From Candidatus Shapirobacteria bacterium (lineage in GTDB: Bacteria; Patescibacteriota; Microgenomatia; UBA12405): 64,000 nucleotides of DNA. The notes beneath the pieces are model-generated. The model saw only the letters and a program-made list of their open reading frames with translations. It was not told the DNA's origin and did no database searches. This document shows, piece by piece, positions 15,001 to 27,000 of the stretch. Where the stretch lies: assembly GCA_041665485.1 (NCBI GenBank), contig JBAYIT010000001.1:277156-341155 (forward strand), given 5' to 3'. Each line of letters opens with the position of its first letter. Position 1 is the stretch's first letter. Made by a program: the position numbers and the translations under genes.

Positions 15001-18000
15001 TCCCTAGTGCGAATGGAATGACAACCGACGAGATTTTAAACAAAATTGAAGAAAGATGGCAGAAAAAGATAGATGAGGTTAACTTGAAAGCAAGAAGATT
15101 GGGGCTTGCTCCGATGGGTGAAGGTGATGATTATGACGGATATAATGCAAAAGTTGCAAACTTTGAAAGTAGATTAAATGTTTTGCGTGGTGTTGGGAAA
15201 GAAGCACCAAGGCTTGAATATGCAAGAGTTTTAAATAGCGCTAGATATAGTGATTTCTATTGGCAAGTCAATAGACCCGCTTTGGAGAATGTTGATATGG
15301 CGACGGCTCAAGTTAATAATGGAATCGAGAGAAAAACGATTTGGGACAGCTGGTTGAAAACTGTGGTAGGTAAAGGTTTACGTGTTGTTAATGGAAACGT
15401 GGTTTGGGGAGTGATTGATTTTGGAAAAGAGCCAACAGCAGATGTTGTTGGTGAATTGGAAAGGCGTGCCCAAGAAATCGTGACCAAATATAATGATTCT
15501 GTTGTTGTGCTGGAAAGGTGGAGTGAAAGGGTTGGTCAGAGATTAGATTATGTGGGTGATATGGAAAAATTCTTGGAAGATAAGCAGGAGACATTGAATT
15601 CATGCAGAGAGGCAAACGAGAGGTTGCTTAAGTTTGGTCAAGAATATGGATTAAGGGAAGATGAGTTGACAGCCATAAAATCGATAGCGAGACTTAACCA
15701 AACAACCCAAGATTATTCTAGAAAAGAAGCAGAATTACCTGGACGTTTTTCTGCTTTGAATGTTGGAATAGTTAGAGATCCTAAACAAAGATTAGACGAG
15801 TATGAGAATCAATTAGTCGAGTTGCAGCAAATGGTTGATAATGGTTTGGCACTGTCGGACCAGCTTGATGGAGAAACAAATAGTCAATATTTGTCTAGAA
15901 TGAAGGAAAAAGAGTCTCTGGAGTATGGCAAACTAAAAGAAATTGCGAAACAAAATGGTCTCAATGATGTAGATATAAAACAATTTGGTACATTGGGTAA
16001 ATTAAGAAAAGAGATAGTTAGATTATTAAAAGAAGAGATTAAACTTCTTGGCGGAGACGTTGAGGCTGATGGAATCGAAGATATTGAGCAATTGGTGGTA
16101 TTAAAGGGAACAGTTCAGGAACAAAAAAGAATGGAAAAAGAAAATTTGTTAATTGAAATTATGAAATACTATCCAGATTATAGTAATGGAGGTATATCCG
16201 CTATTAAAAGTGACTTGGCAAAGGCGGTAGCGAGAAGAAATGAGGTAGCCGGGCAGATTATGATAGTTAATCCAAATTTGGCAGATAAAGTAAATGCAAC
16301 TAATAATATTGCTGAGTTGGAAAAGATGTTGGAGGTGGCTAAAGGGGCAAGGGAAGTGGATCAAAAAACAGCCGTGGCGAATAAAAGTGTTGGTGGTCAG
16401 ATTGACCAATATTTTGAAAAAATTAAAGATGATTTAGAGAGAGGTCGATTTGTGGCCAGAACGTTAGGGTGGTCAAATTTTGGTAGATGGGATGATGTTT
16501 ATAATGCCATGGCGGAGGTTGAAGGATTAACTGACTTTAGCCAGGTGACGGACTTGGATCAGTTAGCTAAATTTATTAGAGATCAAGACCGGATCAAGGC
16601 GTTGCAGTTAGAAAAAACACAAGAGGATCAGGTGGTGGAGTATGTGAGAAGGAAATTGGAGGGGAGGGTGAAAGAAGGATTGGAGAGGAGGGCAAAATCG
16701 GCTGGGGTAGAGGGTGAGCTTGGGAAAGTTAAGGTGGCGTTGGCTGGGTTGGTGGGAGTAGACAAGGTTGGGGGTTATGAGGTGTCGGCTGACGGACTGA
16801 CGCAAGCAAAGGCGGATTTGGCCGAAGCTAGCCGGAGCGCGGGAAAGTTGGCTCAAAGAATAATAGAGCTTGACCCGGCCAAATCTTTGGAGGTGACAAG
16901 ATTAAACATTCCGGCTTTGGAAAAGATGCTTAGAGAGATGGAAAGCGAGGCGAGGATTAAGGAGTTGGTTAGGAGAGGAGGTACTGTGGTGGCGGGAAAC
17001 ACACCGGTTTTGGCGGCACTAGAGGCCAAACCTCAAGTCCAAGATATAGCTAAATTGGAGGCGGTAGAGAGATCAGTGACGGCTATGCTTGGGGAATTAG
17101 AGACGGAGGTGGCCGATCCGAGGGTGGCTAAGGTCTTGGGAGATTTAAGGTTGCAGCAACAGAGGGCGGCTAGCTTAAGGGTGATTTTGGAACAAGAGGT
17201 TCTGGTGGCCGAGGGGCAACAATTGGCAGTGGAGGTTGGCGAGGTGAAAGGAAAGGTGGAAGCTCGGCAGGATTTGGCGAGGCAAAAAGGAGTGATTTCT
17301 TCTTTGTTGACCAGAGCTAGAGCATTGCAGGGAAAGTTGGAAAAGATTGTGTCTAGGGAGAGAAAAGTGGCCAGCGCCAGAGAAACAGTTAAGGGTAATA
17401 TTTCTACCCTTGAAAGGTTGGAGACTGAGGCCAACATGGTTGCCTTGTCGGAGAAGCTAGGGAGGGGAAAAGTAGAATTAATAATTCGGGAAAATGGCCA
17501 AGAGTCTGGAAACAGACTCGATGTAAATGTAGCCTACTTGGATGCGATCGCTTCGGACTTAGATGTTTTGATTGGACAACAAAGGCTGGTGATCGCTGAA
17601 CTGGATGGAGTATTGGGTGAGTTAGATTCAGTAGCCACTCTAGGTGATTTGTCGCCAAAGACAATGGCAGTGGTTAAGAAATATATACCAAAGATGGTTG
17701 TTACAGATAAGGTGGCAGAGGTTGTTGGTGAGTTGAGGGACCGGCGTCAGGAGTATCGTGATGTGGTTGGTGAGTTACTGGGTCTTCAGGCGGCATTGAG
17801 AAATAGGACTAAATTTGATGGATTGTCGAATGGTGCTGGTAAAATTGTTAAACGGAGCTTGGCGCGGAGATTTCACCCTGATACTGTTGGTGAGATAGTG
17901 ACGGTTAAGTTGGGCGGGGAGACCTTGTTGGTTGATTTAGAGAGTAGAAGAAATATTCAACCACTGATATCAGAGTTGTTTATAAACCCCAAGATTATAG

Positions 18001-21000
18001 GAAAATTTGAGTTTGGGGGAGCTATTGAGACTCCGAGTGGTTCGGGGGCGAGAAATGGCGGAACAGCCTCTGCTGGCCAAAATATACGGAAGTCGGGACA
18101 GGATGTTGTTGTCAGTTTTTATGACACTAAAGTTAGAATTCGAAGGGACAGGGGCCGTTATTATTTATATAACGATGGCCCCTCTTGGATGAATGTCGAT
18201 GTTGCTGGTCGGAATGAGCTTGTAATTGTGTTTTCGAGTAAAGTTTATGAATTGAAGAATGGGGACTTTTTCTATGATCAGTACGGAGTCGGGTATAGGT
18301 TTGTTGACAATGGTGGCGTGGCGTATTTGTTGGATGCTCAAGGTAACATAGTGTGGGTGTTTGATCAGGATCAGAGTAGGAGGAGTGACGAGGTAAGGAT
18401 TGAAACTAATAACGTGGTTTTTGATTTGCCATCTTTGGGGATTCTTGCCAATATTTTTGTTACTAATACCGATGCTAGTGGAGTAGTGAAAATTTACATA
18501 GACGAGACAACTACAGGCACGATATATGTTAAAAAGGAACAAATAGGGGGATTTAGTGTTAAGCAAAACTATCCCCCGGGAAGTTATCAGTTGGGTGATG
18601 GTGATGAGGTGACAATTGCCGGGGTAGTGTATACGGTTATAAATCAGCCTCAGTTGGGGACAATAATCATGGGTTCAGATGGAAAGCAATATAAGATTAG
18701 GGATCCATGGGGTGGCAAGTCGATGAGAGATAAGGCAAGAGAAGACAGAGAGCCGATTTCTCTTAAGTTCGCCGGTATTTTGGACAAGATGAACAAAATA
18801 GACGCCATATTATTGTCAATGGGGGTGGCTGATTATGAGAGCAAGATGGTTCAGGTAGAAGCAATAGCTGATCGTTTAGAGATTGATATGGCTGACGTGG
18901 AAGCCCAAATTGGCGGATGGTTTCGAAATTATGGAAATTATTTGGGGCCCAATGATGGTATCAGGCAAAGCATGGAGACAATGAGCCGTGATCTGAAACA
19001 GAAGCGTTTAAATTTGGTGGAACGGAAAAAGATGCTAGCCAATATTCAAAAATTTGCAATTAAGTGGAAACTTGGGATAAATCATGGTCTCGCTTATGAG
19101 ACTATGATCGGAAATTTGGGGAAACTGGATACGAAGTTGGCAGAGGAATATCGTCGCGGTCTTACAGATATTAGAACAGATATGGTGGCAAATGGATTTA
19201 TACTGAGAAGTGGGATGCCGGGTAGTGGTGAAACTAAGGCGGAGATTTTGAAATCGGTTGAAAGTGATTTGGTGGCAATTGATAGTTACATTGGAGTGGT
19301 AATGAGAATTAATGAATTAAAGAGCGGAAGGGCTAAGATCGGGGAATGGGAAATCGAGGCTGGGGAGGTTAGGCGATTAGGGCAGATTTTAGTGGCGGAG
19401 AGGACGGCGACTAGACCACTATCATCCTCGATGGTTTTTGACATACGGGAGAAGATGCTAAATGCTTTGAACCAATTAGTTGCTGAAAACGTGGCAAAGG
19501 CAAGGGGTTTAACCACTAAAGATCGCGACCAAATACTTTCATGGGAGGCGAGCCTGAAAAAAAATGTGTCAAATGTGCAAATGATGGAGGTCATAATTCA
19601 AGCGGAGGAGATGCAGGGGAGAGTGGGAGAGAGTAAAGGTTCAATTTCTGGAGTTGTTGGGGGGAATTGGCGTAATAGGTTGACGAAGATAATTGCCGAA
19701 AATTGGCGAAGATTAACTGAAAACTATTCCAACCTTTGGATTGGAAAGATGGTAGCTGATACAACCCAGGTAATTGAGAATGAGAAAAAAGCTGTGTCGT
19801 TTGCTAGCGAGGAGGAGGCAAGAAGGTGGGTTGTCGAGAGAATAGAAAATAGAATGTCTGCCTATTTGGACTCGCCTCCCGGAGGTTTGAGTTGGTTGCA
19901 GGGGCAGATAGAAAGTGGCGAGACATCGGTGCTGGCTAAAAGATTGGCCGGGGTGGTGGTTGCCACTTTGCAGGGGGCGAGGGGTGATTTATCGAAACAG
20001 ATTTTAGGGGCGGTGTCGTATTCATCGAAACCGGTGGATTACTCGCAGTGGTCTCAAGCAGCGAAAACTAATATCTCAATTCAAGTTGAGGAGAACTCTT
20101 TGAGAGTAGCAAGATTTCATCCATATGTGCGTCAAGGTAGAAGTAAAGAGGATAGGGCGGCAACGTTAGTAGATAGCCGGGGTTATGCAATTGGCCAGGT
20201 GATAGCAGATGGGCATTCGCGGGATAAGAAGGCTGGTCAGTTAGTGGAACAAGTAGTGGCCAATGTTCAGTCTAATTTGAAAAGATATGATTGGACGACG
20301 ATGGACAGAAAAGGAGCGGAGAGGATACTGGTGGGAATCTACAGTCAGATATCTTTAAATTTTGCATTTGAAGAGAGGGGTGCGGTACTTCAGGTGGCGG
20401 TAGTGACGACAGATGGTTATGTGGTAATGAATGTAGGTGATCCGACATTACTAACAGTTGATGTCAGAGGCAGGATAGTAGAACACGGAGGTGGAGATTG
20501 GGCCACGGTAGCCGAGGCAATGCAGAAATATGATAAGGCCATTTGGGATCGATGGGTGCCAGATCCTTTTTCTATTGATACCCGAGGTGTGTGGCGGGAC
20601 GATAGGTTGTTGATGGTGGCCAACACGATCGGAGATGATGCTAGCGCGAGGCGGGGTATTCAGATAGTAAGGGAATATTTGGCCAAAAACCAGGGACGAA
20701 TGAATCCTGAATTAAGGAGGATTTTGGATGGGGCAGTGAATTATAGAATGGAATATTTTGGGAAAGACGAAGTGGCAGGGGTGATAATAGGCTCGGATGC
20801 GGTGGTAGATAACTCGAAGAAGACTGGTGGTTTTGAGACAGTGGTGAAGAAAAGTTTGAGCCAGAATAGTGAAGACGTTATTAGTCGGATGGTGGGAATG
20901 ATAAGTCCGGACGTGTTGGGTAAGAGTGTTGATGATTTGTCGGTGGGCTACCTGAAGTGGAGTGAATATTTCGGTGGTGTTGGAAGTGTTGAGGTAACTT

Positions 21001-24000
21001 TGGATACAGCAAAAACGGGACAGATAAAGATAGGTAATGTAGTAGTAGGTGGGGGTCAAGGTAGCCAGACGAGTGGATCCGCGGCGGCGAAAGTAGTTTA
21101 CGAGCCAATAATTATTGGTCGGAACGAAAATGATTTGGATGGGATGTTTAGGTTTAATCAAACAGTGTCGCGCAGACAGGCAAATTTGACATTAGAGGGT
21201 GGCGATTTATTTATTGATGATGCTGGGTCGATGAATGGGACTTGGGTGAATGGTGTCAGAATCACAGGAAGGACAAAGCTATATTCTAGTGATGAAGTGA
21301 AATTTGGCTTAGGTTCACAAGAGGTGGTTTTACGGTTTGGACTGGAGGGGACGACTTGGGTGGCAGTTCAAAAAACCACCGGAAAAAGATATGTGTTTAA
21401 TTTTCAAAAAGCTGGTTTCCAGCCCAATGGTTGTTCTGATTGTTCGGTGGTGCGACAGACGGTGGAGAAATTGGTGGCGAAGGCGAAAGGTTTTTATGAG
21501 GCGGGCAATTCGGCAGAATTTCAAAGATTGATTGATTTGGCTTATGGTTATAACAATAATCACACTTTTGTGAATGAAGTAATTCAACAATATGGCATGG
21601 CGAATATTAGTTACGTGGAGGCAATAATGAAGAGGACAGCGGAAACAGTTAAGTATGCTCAAAAGATGGCGGCGTTGTCTTTGGAAAAAGTGGACGTGGT
21701 TAGGGACGGAGAAGCGCTAACAGGGGGAGCATTAGCAGAATTGGATGGCATAGAAAGTGATGTTAAAGCTAAACAAGGAGAATTGGGAAAAATTGAAGTA
21801 GTCAAACAAAGTGAAGAGGAACAGGCGGCAGAGGTAAAGGCAATTGACGAGAGGCAGAGGGCACTTGACGAAAAGAAAAAAGCAGGAGATGCTAAAACAG
21901 AACAACAAAAGAGTGAAGAAATGAAAGTAGTCGAGGATGAAGTGGCGGTGGTGGAGGAAATGGAACCGAGTGTGAAAGTGGTTGAAGAAAGTGATTTGGG
22001 CATAAAATCATCGGAATCGGTTAAAACAACTAGAGCCAGGATTATTAAAGACGGAAAGGACTTGGGGTGGTACATCGTTAAAGAATTTAGGTCGAGCGAG
22101 GTGGTACAAGACAATTTGGATGATTATCAGCTTTTAAAAGAAAAAGGATTTCCGGTTCCAGCAGAGGTAATGGTAATTCCAGGAAGGCCGAATTCAATAG
22201 CAGTTACCGACTTAACTGAAAACGGAAAATATGAAATTTATTCATATAACAATATTACTGACGGGGCCATTAAACCAAATATTTCTAACTTTGACGAAGT
22301 AAAACGGCAATTTAGAGACATAGCTCAGAGGGCGGATGACAACGGATGGTTGATGACCAATGATTCATATTTTTTAGTTCTTGACCCAATCACATATGTT
22401 GGAAGGGTAGTAGTGGGAGATTTTGGTGGGGCAGTGATGACAAAAGAGGAGGCAGTAAAACAATACGGATATTTGAAAAGCGACACTAGTTTGAAAATGG
22501 TGGAGAACTTTATGTTGCCGACCTTGGCGAGTGTGTTTAATGGAGGGGAAGTGGGAGCAGTGGCGGCGGCGGAATATAAACCTCTTGGTTGTTCGGATTG
22601 TGCGGTGTGTGATGTGACAGTTGATCAGATAATTACTCAGGCTAACGACGAGGCGATTAAGGGCAACGATCAAAAGGCTTTGGAAATATTACGAGGGTTA
22701 ACGGCCTATGCCAATAGTCACGTCTACGACAATAAGGTGGCTCAACGGCTGCAAAACTTGAGGATTGCGGTGGCAGAAGCAATTATCGCCAGAACATCAG
22801 AGACTCAAAGTTATGCTTTAATGCAGGCCAACTTGGCAATTGACGAAATAGAGAGAGTGTTGAAAGAACCAGGGTTGACCACGGGACAGATAATAGGTCT
22901 GGTTCATGAACGGGAGGAAGAAGTGAAACCGGCGATAAAAAAGGTGCGGGCGATTAGAGTGAGTCAATCGAAATTGGGTGAGATGTTTGAGAGTAGATTG
23001 AGAAGGGCGGAAATAAGTGTGGCTGGAGTAGTGGGGACGGAGGTGGAGGCGGTTAGACAGAGGATGGAAGCGGGAACGGAAGAATTGAGTGTTGTTTTAG
23101 AAAAAAAGTTAATGTCAGTGGATAGAGTAATCGAGCCACAAATAGGAGAGCATTTATTGGAGGCTAAAAATCCAAAGATGTTTTTGGCAGTTAAACGGCT
23201 GTTGAATTTTTCCAATCAAAACGAAAGATTTTTGGATGACAACGAAGGGGTGGTGGTTGGTTTGCAAAAAATTATGGACGATTTAACAATAGTGGTGAAC
23301 AAGGAAAGAGTGGCGGGCAAGAAAAAAGCTATGCCGGCGGTTAAAGTTTTTGTTCAAGTGGGGGGAGAGCCAAACGCCTTTAGTTTGCCGGATGGGTCGA
23401 TAGTGGTGACTCAGTCATTAATTAATTTAATGAGAACAGAGGATGAAATTGCGGCGATTTTGGTGCATGAATTTTCTCATTTTGAGGACCACTTTATGGA
23501 CTGGCGGGAAGATATTTTTGATAAGGGGGGGTTGGGCGAAGAGGTGGGTCAACCATTAGTAAGTAGATTGCAGGAGCATAAGGCTGATTACGTGGGAGCG
23601 AGGTTAAAGAAAATTGGTTTTAATGGCATGGCGATGACGTCGGCATTGGAAAACTTGCAAATTTATGTGGCTGATTTCGAAAAAGCCCAAAATGAAACGA
23701 TTCAGAAGGACTGGAGAAGAAAAATATGGAAATTTTTTGGCATAAAGACAGTTGATGAGTGGAAAGCGGGAACTGATGTGGCTCATGGGTCGATTGCTAA
23801 TAGAACGGCCGGCCAGGAGGTAGGTAATAAATTTATTGAGCATGGGGGGGAGGCAGTGGCGCCAAGAGAAGTGCCAAGTGGCTGGAAGGGTAAAGCGGGG
23901 GTGGATGAGATTTATGGCCATTTAGTGGGTGATAATTATGGTCCGGAATGGGAAAAAGCATTGAGGTCGGCGCCAAGCGAGGTGGTGCGGCAATACATGG

Positions 24001-27000
24001 AGAGTTTTACTAAGGAATGGTTGGTGGAAATGGCGAATCAGAAGACTTATTATGATGGCCGATTTACAAGGCGGAAGGATAAAAAAGGAGTAGAGCGGCT
24101 GGTTCAAACAGTATATGATGATCGCCTTTTTGAACAATTTAGTCAGTATCAGTTACAAATGCTGAAGAAGTTTGAGAGTTTGGAGAAATTGATGGCAGAA
24201 AGGATGGAAGTAAGTGGAGAGGATGAAGGAAAGATGATTAGACTGATGACAGTCATCAAACCAGGTCCACAAGGAGGAGAGCTTTATTCGCAATTATTGC
24301 ATCAACTGAAGGGGGAAATGATGCCGGGTAAGGCGCAGGAGGAGGGAAAAAAGCTTTTGGCTAGAATTGGAGTGGAAAATGGCCAAATGTCGCAGGAATA
24401 TGTGGCGAGGATAATTGATCAAAAATTTTGGGGAGAGAGATTGGCTAGAGTGGGATTAAGTGGGGCAGTTAACTTCCGTCCGGGGCCAATTATCAATAAG
24501 ATTTTTGATGAAAATCTTTGGAATGAAGCCAATGATATAACGGCATTAACTAGAATTTTGGATTGGGTGTTGGTTTTACCTATGTCTGATTATTACCCGA
24601 GCGTATCGATGGAGAAAAAGGTTTTAGGAATGATGTTAACTTTGGCGTTAAAAGGACCAACGCAGGGAGAGTTAGTGTTTAATGAAGAGGTGGCCAAGAG
24701 GCTGGTGGAGGCGGGCTTACGGGTGTTGGAAGCCAATCCAAAATTAAAACAAAGTGAGTTGTATTACGATATTTTGGGTGACAATTATAATTTCAGAGGA
24801 GCACCTTTTTTGGTAAAGTTGGCTTATAAGAAGTATTTAGTGGCGGGATGGGGAATAGTTGACCTGTTTACAGCAGAAGAAGATTTTTATATTGCGGTTT
24901 TGAATCAAGATGAAGTGGCCTTGCAAAAAGTTTTAGTGGAACATCCGGATGCATCTTTGAATTACATAATGGCGGCGGCAGGCAACGGGGTTGGTGAGGA
25001 AAGACAGAAATGGTTGATGGCCGAAGTTAAAAAGTTTTTAGAAGGGCCGCAGTTTGATGGGGCGGATTGGAACGTGATGCATCCGGAAGAATCTAAGTTT
25101 ATGTTTAACTATCAGGCATCGATGGTTTTAGTTGAGGGCTATGAAGAAAGGCTTCGAGTGGCGGATTTAGTTCAGAATAAATATGTTGAGGTGATGATAA
25201 GGATGGATGATTCGAAATTGGGTAATTTGGTTTTTAAAATTTTTGAAATTCAGAGTATGTATGGGATTAATAAGGAGAAGTATCAGGAAAATGTCGAGAA
25301 AGTTTTTGGCTTACCGGTTTTTGATTTAGTGCAAAAAAGGATATTGGCCGAGAGTGGAAAGACAGGATATTGGGGTCAGCCAAAATACTTATATCGGAGA
25401 GCGGTAGCATTTTTGGAGGGTACCAGACAGATGTATGGGGGTGGGGTAGATTCTACCACTGTGGCAAACTATCCATTTTTTGGGGAGAATGCTTATGAAG
25501 CTAAGTTTTTGCAGCCATTTATTGAGCTGATGCTCAAGCAAGTAACAGACACTTACCCGGCTGATTTCCCCAAGACGACGACCACGGCTTTGAAGTATTA
25601 CCAAATAATTAAGGACTTACCGAAGAGTGATGAAAGAAAAGCGTTGCTTGACAGGGCGGTAGAGATGATGGTTCAACAAATGCCATTTGATGATTTGCTA
25701 AAGTTTGTTCAGGCAGAAATAGCCGATGGCAATGCTGAAATTGGAATTAAGTTTTTGGAGAATCGGGTGCAGACAAATTTAGAGTATCAAAAAGTTAAAG
25801 AAGCTTTTGGGAGTGATTTTACCAAAATGTTAACTGGCGGGGCGGTGGCGAAAGGGTCGGTGGGAGTGCTTTTGGATACGTTGATGAGTAATGTTCTTAC
25901 CGGCGAACAGACTTTTGAATTTTTTGAAGCGGCGCTAACCGGAGATGATGCCAAACTGAGATATTTTATGGGTAAGGCGTTTAGTGAATATCTTGGGTAC
26001 AACCAAGATGGAATAATGGTGCACGAGGATGGTTCAATTACGGGGACAGGGGTGGGAAATTTACCTATTTTTGAGGACTTGATGGCGGAGCTTTACAGTA
26101 TGTCGAAGATGCAAAAGACGGCTTTAATTTACAAAATTTTAGCTGATGATAGCTCTGGGATATTAAAACATGAAGAATTACATCCGAGAATTGCCTCTAT
26201 GATGCTTTCTAGGGTTGAAGGTGAGCCCGGGATGAAAACGTTTATGAATAAGGCCATTTTGGCGGTGTTGAAACAGAGAAGGGGGAGGACAAAAGTGGCT
26301 TTGGGGGTGTCGAGTAGTTTGGCAGACATCTTTTTAATGAAGCCGAAGCAAGTGGCAAGTAATGACTATGCAGTGAAGAGAATTATCGAAGGGAATTCTA
26401 ATTACAACGTTCTAAAAGATACTACCGGATGGTTGGAAGAGCAGAAAAAATATTTTTTGAGGGTATTGGGAACAAAAAAAGATGATGTAATGAAAGATCC
26501 GAGGAATAACGATCCGGTGGTGGTGGAATTGAGAAATGAGGTGGCAGAGATGTACAAAACAATGTATCAACGGATGGGGGTGGTTGAGAACAGTGGCCAA
26601 CAAACTTTGGGCTTTGAAGAGCAAAAAGTGCCAGCGACTAAATTTGTAGTTGAGATCGGCAAAGCCTTAGGAGCGTTGGGAGTAAGATTTTTGCAGGTAA
26701 TGGGCCAATACTATGAAATTACCCCGGAGATGCGAAACGACTTTCAAGCGGTGTATGACAGTGCGTCAAGTTTGTTTATGGCTAATGCTTTCCAGACGAC
26801 GGAAATGGGGATAGCGGCACTTAAAGCGGAAGCAGATAAATTAGAAGCTGATGGAACCAATCCTCAAAGAGTAGTGTGGTTGCGAGGGGAGGTGGCGGCA
26901 ATGGAAGAAAGGCAAAGGACAATGTTGGTAGTGAGAAAAATTGGCGGCGGGTCAATTAATACTGCCTATGAGGTAACTAAAATTGGGGGCGGGGAGCGCG

